Positions 18,780 through 27,480 of a stretch of DNA of 64,000 nucleotides are shown in pieces. This DNA is from Gammaproteobacteria bacterium. Lineage in GTDB: Bacteria > Pseudomonadota > Gammaproteobacteria > Xanthomonadales > SZUA-5. The notes beneath the pieces are model-generated. The model saw only the letters and a program-made list of their open reading frames with translations, was not told the origin of the DNA and did not search any database. The translations under genes and the position numbers were made by a program. The stretch covers positions 172-64,171 of the forward strand of contig JAUIFV010000004.1 of the NCBI GenBank assembly GCA_030430155.1, given 5' to 3'. Numbering within the stretch: position 1 is the first letter of the stretch; each line of letters begins with the position of its first letter.

Positions 18780-18950
18780 CCCGCACTATTGATCAACCTT
18801 CTACTGCGGCTGCCGCAGGCGTGTTGTGGCGCGGTTTGCTCCCTCCGATCGACTCGATGTACTACCCAGTACGCTTCGCCGATCTCCAGTGAAGCGAACC
18901 GCACCACAACACACCTGCGAAGCTACGAACGTTCATGATTAATGCGGGCT
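18778..18950. mobile_element. Structured MITE-like element, copy 1
   Basis: Terminal inverted repeats AGCCCGCA.../...TGCGGGCT, long internal stem CGCAGGCGTGTTGTGGCGCGGTTTGCT, core CTACTGCGG...TCGACTCGATGTA shared with other copies. Confidence 0.6.
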
Positions 18951-19015
18951 CGCTATCGGCAATCGGCGCGGGCAGCCAGGGCGTAGATCGCCCGCGACGC
19001 TCTCCGGCGCATTGA

Positions 19016-20368
19016 TCACGCATTGATGATGTTCAACTTGCTCGGCGCCAAACGCCCCGCCAGATCATGCGCGTCGCTGGCTTCGATGAGCACCGGCACC
19101 TTCTGTCCGGGCTTGAGCTGGTGGCCATCGTTGACCCGGACCACGCCGTCGATCTCCGGTGCGTCGCTGCGCGAGCGGCCCAGCGCGCCGTCTTCATCGA
19201 TCTCGTCGATAAGCACGGTTTCCACCTGGCCGACGCGGGCGCGCAGCCGCTCGCTGCTGATCCTGGCCTGCACTGCCATGAAGCGCTCGAAGCGCTCCTG
19301 AGCCAGCGCTTCGGGTACCGGGTTGGGCAGGTGATTGGCTTCGGCGCCGTCCACCGGTGAGTAGGTAAAGCAGCCGACCCGGTCCAGCTGGGTCTGCTCG
19401 AGGAAGTCCAGCAGCATCTGGAAGTCTTCCTCGGTTTCACCTGGGAAACCGACGATAAAGGTGCTGCGGATGGTCAGCTGTGGGCACTGACGCCGCCACT
19501 GCTGAACTCTATCGATGACTTTCTCCGCGTGTGCCGGACGCTTCATCGCCTTGAGGATGCGCGGGCTGGCGTGCTGGAAGGGAATGTCCAGATAGGGCAG
19601 CACCTTGCCTTCGGCCATCAGCGGAATGACCTGATCGACGTGCGGGTAGGGGTAGACATAATGCAGCCGCACCCAGGCGCCGAGCTGGCCCAGTTCGGCG
19701 ACCAGACTGGTCATCCGCGTTTCCACCTCGCGCCCCTGCCAGGGGTAGGCGGCGTAGCGTTGATCGACGCCGTAGGCGCTGGTGTCCTGGGACACCACCA
19801 GCAGCTCCTGCACCCCGGCGCGGACCAGCCGCTGGGCCTCGGCCAGGACCTGATTGACCGGCCGGCTGCGCAGATTGCCGCGCATCGAGGGGATGATGCA
19901 GAAGCTGCAGCGATGATTGCAGCCTTCGGAGATCTTCAAATAGGCGTAGTGCTTGGGGGTCAGCTTGATGCCCTGCGCCGGCAGCAGATCGAAAAAAGGC
20001 TCGTGCTTGGGCGGAACCTGGGCATGGATGGCGCGCATCACGCTGTCGTAATCCTGCGGGCCGGAGATCGACAGCACCTCGGGGAAGCGCTCGCTGATCA
20101 ATCCGGCGCGCTTGCCCAGACAGCCGGTGACCACCACCTTGCCGTTCTCGGCCATCGCCTCGCCAATCGCCTCCAGCGATTCTTCCACCGCGCTGTCGAT
20201 GAAGCCGCAGGTGTTGACCACCACCACATCGGCGTCGTCATATTCGGGCACCACCTGATAGCCTTCGGCGCGCAGCTGGGTCAGGATGCGCTCCGAATCC
20301 ACCAGCGCCTTGGGGCAACCTAGGGAAACGAAGCCGACCTTGGGATCGGCGGAGGGGCTGGCGGACAT
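19016..20368 (-). CDS. rimO: Ribosomal protein S12 methylthiotransferase
   Basis: [26 protein letters not shown] radical-SAM motif, C-terminal DAPEIDG TRAM domain; start trimmed to MSASPS. Confidence 0.96.
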   Translation of the reverse strand: MSASPSADPKVGFVSLGCPKALVDSERILTQLRAEGYQVVPEYDDADVVVVNTCGFIDSAVEESLEAIGEAMAENGKVVVTGCLGKRAGLISERFPEVLSISGPQDYDSVMRAIHAQVPPKHEPFFDLLPAQGIKLTPKHYAYLKISEGCNHRCSFCIIPSMRGNLRSRPVNQVLAEAQRLVRAGVQELLVVSQDTSAYGVDQRYAAYPWQGREVETRMTSLVAELGQLGAWVRLHYVYPYPHVDQVIPLMAEGKVLPYLDIPFQHASPRILKAMKRPAHAEKVIDRVQQWRRQCPQLTIRSTFIVGFPGETEEDFQMLLDFLEQTQLDRVGCFTYSPVDGAEANHLPNPVPEALAQERFERFMAVQARISSERLRARVGQVETVLIDEIDEDGALGRSRSDAPEIDGVVRVNDGHQLKPGQKVPVLIEASDAHDLAGRLAPSKLNIINA

Positions 20369-20443
20369 GGCGGTGCTGACAAAAAATCGGGGGGCGGAGT
20401 ATAGCGCCGAGTGGGCATCTGAACTCTGGCATGGAGCAAGTCG

Positions 20444-21142
20444 ATGGCAGCAACACCCCAGGGTGAATGGATCGAACTGGCCGAAGTTGGCGGTCGGCCG
20501 CTGCGCGGCTGGCTGGCCAAGGCCGATGAACCGCCGCGCGGCGCGCTGGTGATCGTGCAGGAGATCTACGGCGTCAACGCGCACATCCAGTCGGTGGTCT
20601 GTGACTATGCCGCGGCCGGCTACACCGCCCTGGCGCCGAGCTTCTTTGATCAACTCGAGCCTGGGCTGGCGCTGGACTACAGCGAGGCGGACACCGAGCG
20701 CGGTCGGCAGTTGGTGGCGCAGCTGGGCATGGACAACGCCTTGCGCACGGTGGCCCTGGCTCGCGATCGGCTGAGTGATCACGGTGCGGTCGGCGTGGTC
20801 GGCTACTGCTGGGGTGGCGCGGTGGCTTATTTGAGTGCGACCCGGCTGGGCCTGCCGGCGGTGAGCTACTACGGCCGGCTGGTGGAGCAGTATCTGCACG
20901 AGCGACCTCAGGCGCCGCTGCAGTTCCACTTCGGCGAACGGGACGCGCTGATTCCGCAGTCCAGCGTGGCGCGGGTCGCGTCAGCCTTTCCCGATGTGCC
21001 GCTGTACACCTACCCGGCTGGGCACGCCTTCAACCGTTTGGGCGACCCGCATGGTCATCGGCCCTCGGCCGAGCAGGCCAAGGGCAGAGCCCTGGAGTTT
21101 CTGGCCCGGCACCTGGGCCCATCCCCCCAAAGTCAGTCATGA
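20444..21142 (+). CDS. Dienelactone hydrolase family protein
   Basis: QEIYGVN, GYCWGG nucleophile motif, YYG, HAF. Confidence 0.9.
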   Translation: MAATPQGEWIELAEVGGRPLRGWLAKADEPPRGALVIVQEIYGVNAHIQSVVCDYAAAGYTALAPSFFDQLEPGLALDYSEADTERGRQLVAQLGMDNALRTVALARDRLSDHGAVGVVGYCWGGAVAYLSATRLGLPAVSYYGRLVEQYLHERPQAPLQFHFGERDALIPQSSVARVASAFPDVPLYTYPAGHAFNRLGDPHGHRPSAEQAKGRALEFLARHLGPSPQSQS

Positions 21143-21543
21143 GCTTCGCTCTCGACCCGCGCCTGGCCGCCGAATCGGTGCTGCTGCAGCGCACCGAGCA
21201 CGGCCTGATCCTGCTCCGCGACGAGGCCCGCTGGCCGTGGTGCGTGGTGGTGCCGCAAACCACCGAGGTCGAGTTCCATGCCCTGGACGTCGACTTTGCG
21301 CAGCGCCTGATGGCCGAGGTGCGCCGGGTTGCCGCAGTAATTGCCGCGCAGCCGGGGGTGAGCAAGCTCAATCTGGCCAGCTTTGGCAATGTGGTCGCGC
21401 AGCAGCACTGGCACATCATCGGTCGCTGGCCCAGTGATCCAGCCTGGCCGGGGTCGGTGATCGGGCTGCCGCGGCAGGCGATGACTGGCGTTGCTCGCGA
21501 CAGCCGGGCGGCCAGCCTGCGGGCTGCCCTGCAGTCGCTCTGA
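21139..21543 (+). CDS. HIT family protein
   Basis: FALDPRL, KLNLASFGNVVAQQHWHIIGR, DPAWPG. Confidence 0.85.
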   Translation: MSFALDPRLAAESVLLQRTEHGLILLRDEARWPWCVVVPQTTEVEFHALDVDFAQRLMAEVRRVAAVIAAQPGVSKLNLASFGNVVAQQHWHIIGRWPSDPAWPGSVIGLPRQAMTGVARDSRAASLRAALQSL

Positions 21544-21569
21544 GCCGCAGCCAAAGCCCAAGTCACAAT

Positions 21570-21655
21570 CTACTGCGGCCGCCGCATAGCCGCGGTGGCG
21601 CCACCCTCCTGCAACCGACTCGAGTTCATCGACCTGCAGTCCGCGGACCGCATAA
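21570..21655. mobile_element. Degenerate copy of the structured MITE-like element (boundaries approximate)
   Basis: CTACTGCGG...GTGGCGC...CGACTCGA...TCCGCGGACCGCA in the same order as other copies. Confidence 0.4.
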
Positions 21656-21818
21656 GGCAGCTCTCCAAGCCCTCATCAGATCAGCGCGTGCAGCCTGCCG
21701 AAGGAGCAGCCGCCGAGCGCTTCGCGGCCGCTTGCGAGCGCGCAATATCTGGGTCTTGCGCGATCGTGGGTCGCCATGCACGGTCAAAGAGCCATTTGGC
21801 AAGCAACTGGAGAAGGCA

Positions 21819-22229
21819 ATGCAACGCACGCTCATATTGATGTTCGCGGCACTGGCGATCTCGTTCGGGCCCGCCGCTCTTGCAGAGCAAACGAGCGGAA
21901 GTTCCAAGCCCATCGCGCAGACCATGACCCCGGGTCCGCAGGCGGCAGCCGACGCCGAGCCGGCGGCAGACTCGGACGTGCGCCCCGGAGACTACCCCGG
22001 CGAGCGAGCAACTACGCGGACGTTGTCCACCGTTCTGGCCAAGGGCATTGATGGCCAGGGTCTGACCATGGAGGAGAAATGGTCCAACAACGTGATCGTT
22101 TGCAAGCGGATGAACGTGACCGGAACGCGGTTCGTACGCAAGGTTTGCCATACTCGCGGCGAGTGGCAGGCGATGCGATCGAACTCTCGTGAAGTGATGG
22201 ACTACGTCAAGATCGCTGGCGCTCCCTAA
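21819..22229 (+). CDS. Secreted hypothetical protein with C-x5-TGTR-x5-C motif
   Basis: Signal peptide MQRTLILMFAALAISFGPAALA; C-terminal VCKRMNVTGTRFVRKVC. Confidence 0.7.
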   Translation: MQRTLILMFAALAISFGPAALAEQTSGSSKPIAQTMTPGPQAAADAEPAADSDVRPGDYPGERATTRTLSTVLAKGIDGQGLTMEEKWSNNVIVCKRMNVTGTRFVRKVCHTRGEWQAMRSNSREVMDYVKIAGAP

Positions 22230-22351
22230 TACGACTGGCGTTCTCAATCATCTCCATTAACCAGAGCCTGCACCACAATCAGGCATTGCAATGACATGCT
22301 CCGCGCCGCTGGTACTTATCTTCTATCAATGGCCAGCGTCGCGGAGTTCTT

Positions 22352-22774
22352 TCAGCGCAGCAGATCGCCGAGGCAATCCTCCAGCTGTGCCAATCGACCG
22401 CCATCCAGCGCTGCAAACAGCTCCCCAGCGGCGGCATCAAAGGAGACCTTTGCCTCTGCATGGGTGCGCTTTCCTGCCTTTGACAGGGCAACCAAACTGA
22501 CTCGGGCATCGCGGGGATTGGATTCCTTCTCCACCATACCGATCTTGGCCAAAGGGTTGAGCAGCCGGGTGATTCCGGATGGAGTCAATCCCACCCTTTC
22601 GGCCAGATCGCTTCGTGACAGCCGCTGTCGCGGCGCCAGCGACAGTTGATTGAGGACCAAATAGTCAGATAGCCCCAGTCCGTGAAACGAGAGCGGGCCC
22701 CCGAGGCGCTTTTGTATCCGGCTGTGCAGATTGGCAATTTCGATCACCAGCTGGCCGGCGGTTTCGGCACTCAT
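22352..22774 (-). CDS. MarR family transcriptional regulator
   Basis: DLAERVGLTPSGITRLL, DARVSLVALSKAG. Confidence 0.88.
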   Translation of the reverse strand: MSAETAGQLVIEIANLHSRIQKRLGGPLSFHGLGLSDYLVLNQLSLAPRQRLSRSDLAERVGLTPSGITRLLNPLAKIGMVEKESNPRDARVSLVALSKAGKRTHAEAKVSFDAAAGELFAALDGGRLAQLEDCLGDLLR

Positions 22775-22868
22775 TGAACATTCCTTGATCTATACTTGAT
22801 GGAGCAACTATTCACCAATTTAGTTGCATAGTCAAGGTTTACTCAAGAAAATGATCTGCGTGACCTGC

Positions 22869-23357
22869 CTAGGGCGGCCACTGCTCGCTGATGGTCAACG
22901 CCAAGGCCATCACGATGGCGTCCTCGCGACCCTGGCGAGCGGGGTAGTAGCCTGGACGGCGACCGACTTCGGAGAAGCCAAAGCTCAGATACAAATCCAT
23001 CGCTCGCGGGTTGCTGGGTCGAACTTCGAGAAAGATCCGTTCGGCATGGTGCCAGCGGGCCAGGTCGATCAAGCGGGCCAGCAATCGGCGCGCGTGACCC
23101 TGACCCTGATGCGCCGTGGCGATGCATAGATTGAGCAGATGGGCCTCGCCGCCGGCCGCCGAGAGCACGCCGTAGCCGAGCAGTTCGGCGTCGCGCTCCA
23201 GCAGCCACAGCTCGTAGCCGGCCGACAGGCAGTCGCGGAACATGCCCAGGGTCCAGGGGAACTCATAGGAGGACTGCTCGACAGCAATGACGGCCGACAG
23301 GTCGGCCTGTGAGGCGGCTCGCAAGCGAGCTAGCGGCGGCGCCGGTGCCACGCTCAT
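22869..23357 (-). CDS. rimI: Ribosomal protein S18 alanine N-acetyltransferase
   Basis: FPWT, EAHLLNLC, QGQG, FLEVRPSN, RPGYY, REDAIVM. Confidence 0.93.
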   Translation of the reverse strand: MSVAPAPPLARLRAASQADLSAVIAVEQSSYEFPWTLGMFRDCLSAGYELWLLERDAELLGYGVLSAAGGEAHLLNLCIATAHQGQGHARRLLARLIDLARWHHAERIFLEVRPSNPRAMDLYLSFGFSEVGRRPGYYPARQGREDAIVMALALTISEQWPP

Positions 23358-23394
23358 CGACGCACTCGGTTGCGCTGCGGGATTGCCCGCACGC

Positions 23395-23748
23395 TCACTG
23401 ACGACTGCGCAGCGCGGCCTTCGCAGCGCGATACAGCGCGCGCTTTTGGTCCACTTCGGGTAGCAGCGTAGACAGCGACAGCCGCGGTTGGTTGCCCAAC
23501 TGCAGTTCCACCCCGTTTTCAGTCGTACGCAGGTCGATATCGATGCCGGCCGCGAAGGCGCGCAACTGCCCGAACCACCGGGTCCGGCCCACATCGATCG
23601 CATCGATAGCGACGGCCTCCGCCACGATGGGATGCTCAGCCTCAGTCTCTTCGACAGGCCCGACGCCCCGCAGGCGGTAAAGCGGCAGCTTCATCTCCGT
23701 CAGCACCGCGCGCTGCGATCCGCTCCAGTTGGCACCGAGGTCGGACAA
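23395..23748 (-). CDS. Hypothetical protein, possible divergent DNA Pol III psi (HolD-like)
   Basis: Immediately upstream of rimI; QRAVLTEMKL.LY.LR N-terminus and KRALY C-terminus. Confidence 0.5.
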   Translation of the reverse strand: MSDLGANWSGSQRAVLTEMKLPLYRLRGVGPVEETEAEHPIVAEAVAIDAIDVGRTRWFGQLRAFAAGIDIDLRTTENGVELQLGNQPRLSLSTLLPEVDQKRALYRAAKAALRSRQ

Positions 23749-23751
23749 CGT

Positions 23752-24408
23752 CTACTCCGCCTTCTGTGCTTCCGCCACCGCGGCGACCAGATCATCGACG
23801 AAGCTGAGCAGGATCTCGTCCACCGCCACGCTGAGCTCAGCCGTGCCGTCGGTCAGGCTCTCGCCTTGAGCCGGGCGCCGCAGGGTGTATTGCTTTTCCA
23901 TCAGCGGCAGACGTGAGCCGTCGAAATCGGCGCGGATGCGCATCCCGGCGACCACTTCGCGGTTGCTGCCATCGACCCGGATCACTTCGAAGCGATTGAG
24001 CCGGATACTGACCCGGTAGGCCTCGATACGCGGATCCAGTCGATTGGTGACCAGCGGGGCCAGGTTGCGCGCGTCGAACAGCTGCAGCGCGCGGCGCTGG
24101 ATCAGCGAGGGCGGCGGATCGTTCCACACCTGGTAGTGATATTGGGAGATGCGCAGACTGTCCGGATCGGTGGCGTAGAGTATTGGCCGTTCGCCGTGGA
24201 CGCCGTCGGCCTGCACGCCGTTGACCACCAGTGGCGCCTGCAGTGGCGCCTGCTCAAAGGCCGTGGCCGTGGTCGCGGGCGACAGCCGGTAGTAGCGGAA
24301 ATCCGGCAGCGGCGCGGGTCCGCTGCAGGCCACGATGAGCCCGGCCAGCAGGCCTCCGACGAGCAGTCTGGGTCGCAGCCAGCGCTGCAGGGGTAGGCGT
24401 CCTTTCAT
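23752..24408 (-). CDS. ABC-type transport auxiliary lipoprotein (PqiC-like)
   Basis: Lipobox IVAC, YYRL, W.DPP motif; follows the MCE gene. Confidence 0.82.
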   Translation of the reverse strand: MKGRLPLQRWLRPRLLVGGLLAGLIVACSGPAPLPDFRYYRLSPATTATAFEQAPLQAPLVVNGVQADGVHGERPILYATDPDSLRISQYHYQVWNDPPPSLIQRRALQLFDARNLAPLVTNRLDPRIEAYRVSIRLNRFEVIRVDGSNREVVAGMRIRADFDGSRLPLMEKQYTLRRPAQGESLTDGTAELSVAVDEILLSFVDDLVAAVAEAQKAE

Positions 24409-24409
24409 A

Positions 24410-25348
24410 CTAATCCCTCACATCATCGGCCTGCGGCGAGAACAGCAGCCGGTTGGGCGACTTGCGGATCTCGCGACTGAACTCGTCGACATGGCGACTG
24501 GCCGACTCCAGGTTGTAGGTGATTGCGTCGATGCGCTGGGCCACCGAAGACAGGGTCACGCGCAGGTCGGCGATGGCCTGCTCCACGTCGGGCGCAGACT
24601 TATCCACGGTGCTGCCCAAATCATCGAGGATGCCGTCCAGCCGTTCGCGGGTGCCGGCGAGTTCGGCGGTGAGTTCGCGCAAATTGCCGGCGCTGGCCGC
24701 CGACTGTTCGAGGATGGTCTCCAGCCGGCCCTGATTGTCGGGCCCAAGGATCTGCTTGATCGATTCGGCGCCGTCGTTGAGCCTGCCGAGCAGCGCTTGC
24801 GCCTCGTCCAGCAGTTCCGGCGTGCTTTGCTCCAGCGCGCCGGAGAGGTTGTCCAAACGCTTGCCCAGCTTGTCGACCAGCGGGGTGAGCTTGTGGCGGG
24901 TCAGATCGGTGACCTCACCGGCCAACTCGCCGACGGCAGCGAAGATGTCGCCACCGTCCCGGCCTTCGATCTCGTCGCCAGGGTTGAGCATGCTGGTCGC
25001 TTCGCCCTCGCGGATGCCGATGTAGACGTCGGAAAGCAGCCCGCTGGAAAGCAGCGCGGCCACAGAGTCGGAGGGAATCTGCCAGTCCTTGGCTACCGAA
25101 AAGTCGACCTTGAAGCGGGTTCTGCCGTCGACCTGCTCAGGCTCCACCGACTCCACCTGGCCGACGCGGAAGCCCTGGTAATAGACCGCGCTGCCAAAGC
25201 CCAGTCCGGACACGTCGCTGTAGCGAACCACGTACTCGTCGGTGGGGCCGGAACGGCCAGTGATCACATACAGCGACCCCAGCAGCAGAAACAGTGCGAC
25301 CACAACCACCAGGCCGACCAGAAAATAATTGACGTTGTCGCGTTTCAA
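24410..25348 (-). CDS. MCE/MlaD family protein with long helical extension
   Basis: N-terminal TM, VSGL..GSAV.YQG.RVGQV, GLL.D.YI, ~170 aa heptad region ending P.RLLF. Confidence 0.88.
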   Translation of the reverse strand: MKRDNVNYFLVGLVVVVALFLLLGSLYVITGRSGPTDEYVVRYSDVSGLGFGSAVYYQGFRVGQVESVEPEQVDGRTRFKVDFSVAKDWQIPSDSVAALLSSGLLSDVYIGIREGEATSMLNPGDEIEGRDGGDIFAAVGELAGEVTDLTRHKLTPLVDKLGKRLDNLSGALEQSTPELLDEAQALLGRLNDGAESIKQILGPDNQGRLETILEQSAASAGNLRELTAELAGTRERLDGILDDLGSTVDKSAPDVEQAIADLRVTLSSVAQRIDAITYNLESASRHVDEFSREIRKSPNRLLFSPQADDVRD

Positions 25349-25412
25349 GGCGCTTCTTCCCGCTCCCCCGGGGAGCTACGTGTTAGCTAATGGTAACCGT
25401 TGACTAGCCCGA

Positions 25413-26222
25413 CTAATCTTCCCCGGCGCCGGTCAGTCGTCGTAAGTACTCGTCTACATCCACATCCTGATCGCGTGGCCGTCGATTGAGCAGATCCTGG
25501 ATCCGCTCGTTGTCGCTGGCCTTGACCTCGGCCACGCTGCCGGTCATCAGCACCTTGCCGTGGTCCAGCACGGTGATCTTGTCGGCAATCTTAAACGCGC
25601 TATCGAGCTCATGGGTGACGACCACGATGGTCATTCGCATCGCGTCGCGCAGCTTCAGGATCAGCTCATCGAGTTCGGCCGAGACCACCGGGTCCAAACC
25701 GGCCGACGGCTCATCGAAGAACAGCAGCTTGGGATCCATGACAATGGCGCGGGCCAGCGCAGCGCGCTTGATCATGCCGCCGGAAAGCTGGCTGGGCATC
25801 AAATCCTGGAAGCCGCCCAGATTGACCACCTCCAGCTTCAGCCTGGTCATGATACGGATGGTGTTCTCGTCCAGCTGGAAGTGCTCACGCAGCGGCAGCG
25901 CGACGTTCTCGCCGACGCTCATCGAGGTGAACAGCGCACCGCCCTGGAAGGACACGCCGATCTCGCGTCTAAAGGCCATGCCCTCGCGCGGATCCATTTT
26001 GGCGATATCCCGGCCGAGCAGCTTGATGTGCCCTGAGCGCGGCTGATGCAGGCCCAGCAGATGACGCATCAGAGTGCTCTTGCCAGAGCCGGAGCCGCCC
26101 ATGATGACCCGGATTTCGCCCTGGTTGACCACGAAATCGACGTCATCGAGGATCTTCCGGGGACCGTAGTAGGTCACCAGATTGCGCACGTCAATTACCG
26201 GTTCTGGCTGGGCTTGGCTCAT
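25413..26222 (-). CDS. MlaF/Mkl-like ABC ATPase
   Basis: GGSGSGKS, FQGGALF, LSGGMIKRAALARA, DEPSAGLDP, VTHE. Confidence 0.9.
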   Translation of the reverse strand: MSQAQPEPVIDVRNLVTYYGPRKILDDVDFVVNQGEIRVIMGGSGSGKSTLMRHLLGLHQPRSGHIKLLGRDIAKMDPREGMAFRREIGVSFQGGALFTSMSVGENVALPLREHFQLDENTIRIMTRLKLEVVNLGGFQDLMPSQLSGGMIKRAALARAIVMDPKLLFFDEPSAGLDPVVSAELDELILKLRDAMRMTIVVVTHELDSAFKIADKITVLDHGKVLMTGSVAEVKASDNERIQDLLNRRPRDQDVDVDEYLRRLTGAGED

Positions 26223-26250
26223 CGCTCCTGCGTCGTACTCTCGTTCTTGT

Positions 26251-27054
26251 TTATCGATTGAGGAAGAAGCTGAAGACCATGTCGGCGACCAGGATCGCAC
26301 AGATCGACATCACCACCGCACGGGTGGTGGCCTTGCCCACGCCCTCGGCACCGCCGGTCACCGCAAAGCCGGTGCCCACGCCGATCAGCACGATCAGAAT
26401 GCCGAACACCAATCCCTTGATCAGTCCCTGCATCACATCCCAGGGCTCCAGCGCTTCCAGCGACTGGTGGAAATAGCTGTACAGGCTGATGTCCAGCGGA
26501 CCGGCGCTGAACAAGCCACCGCCCAAGATGGCGAAGAAGTCGGAAATGATGGTCAGGCAGGGCAGCATGACGATTGCCGCAATCAGCGGCGGCGCGGCCA
26601 GATAGCGGGCCGGTTCCACGCCGATGACCCGCAGCGCATCCACTTCCTGAGAGACCACCATCGAGCCCAGCCGTGCGGCCAGCGCCGAGGCGGTGCGCCC
26701 GGCCACTACGATGCCGGTGATCAGCGGACCGAACTCGCGAGTCACCCCCAGGGCGACTCCGATGACGATGGCGCTCTCGGCCCCGAAGGCCTTGAGCTGG
26801 GCGATGCCGTTGATGGCCAGGGAGAGGCCGATAACCATCGACAGCAGGGCGACGATGGGAATGGCGTCGGCGCCGATCTGGCGCATCTGGTGCAGCACAT
26901 GGTGCCAGCGCACCGGCTGGCCGCGGCGCGGTCCGAAGACCAGAAAGAACAGGCTCTCGCCCAGCAGCGAGCCGATGTAGCCCAGCTCCTCGATACGCTC
27001 CAGGCTGCTGCGGCCGAGCTGGGAAACCGCGCGGTGCACGGAATTGATGCTCAT
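26251..27054 (-). CDS. MlaE family ABC permease
   Basis: REFGPLITGIVVAGRTASA, EVDAL..IG..P, GAEGVGKATTRAVV. Confidence 0.92.
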   Translation of the reverse strand: MSINSVHRAVSQLGRSSLERIEELGYIGSLLGESLFFLVFGPRRGQPVRWHHVLHQMRQIGADAIPIVALLSMVIGLSLAINGIAQLKAFGAESAIVIGVALGVTREFGPLITGIVVAGRTASALAARLGSMVVSQEVDALRVIGVEPARYLAAPPLIAAIVMLPCLTIISDFFAILGGGLFSAGPLDISLYSYFHQSLEALEPWDVMQGLIKGLVFGILIVLIGVGTGFAVTGGAEGVGKATTRAVVMSICAILVADMVFSFFLNR

Positions 27055-27085
27055 CCGCTAGACCCTCGCCCGCCGCGCAGCTGCA

Positions 27086-27424
27086 TCAGCTCTGCGCCGC
27101 CTGCTCGAGGGAGGGGAAGATCGGAAAGACGCGATCCAAACGAGCCAGCTCCAACACCGCGATGACTGGCTGACTGACTGCCACCAGGCTGAAGTGCTGA
27201 CCCTTGCCGCGGGCGCTCTGGAAGCCTTCCACCAGCGCCGCGATGCCGGAGGAATCGATGTAGCTGACCTTGGACAGATCCACCGCCACCGGTTGACTCT
27301 TGCCCAGCGCGTCCAATATGGCCTTGCGCAGCTTCTGCGACCAGGACAGGTCGACCTCTCCTTGCACCATCACCACCTGGAACCCACTCTCCTCGGTGGT
27401 AGTACAACCGTTTTCTTGCGCCAT
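27086..27424 (-). CDS. STAS domain protein (anti-sigma antagonist type)
   Basis: GEVDL, VDLSKVSYIDSSGIAALV with the SpoIIAA/RsbV phospho-Ser motif, LDRVFPIF. Confidence 0.9.
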   Translation of the reverse strand: MAQENGCTTTEESGFQVVMVQGEVDLSWSQKLRKAILDALGKSQPVAVDLSKVSYIDSSGIAALVEGFQSARGKGQHFSLVAVSQPVIAVLELARLDRVFPIFPSLEQAAQS

Positions 27425-27480
27425 TCCCCATCTCCTAGCACCGTCGCACTGCCGCGGCGGCCCATTGCGAACCCTACATT

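Noticed and set aside
20369-20929. 187 aa N-terminal extension of RimO in the ORF track
   Set aside because: Overlaps the divergent dienelactone hydrolase; RimO homology begins at MSASPS (20368)
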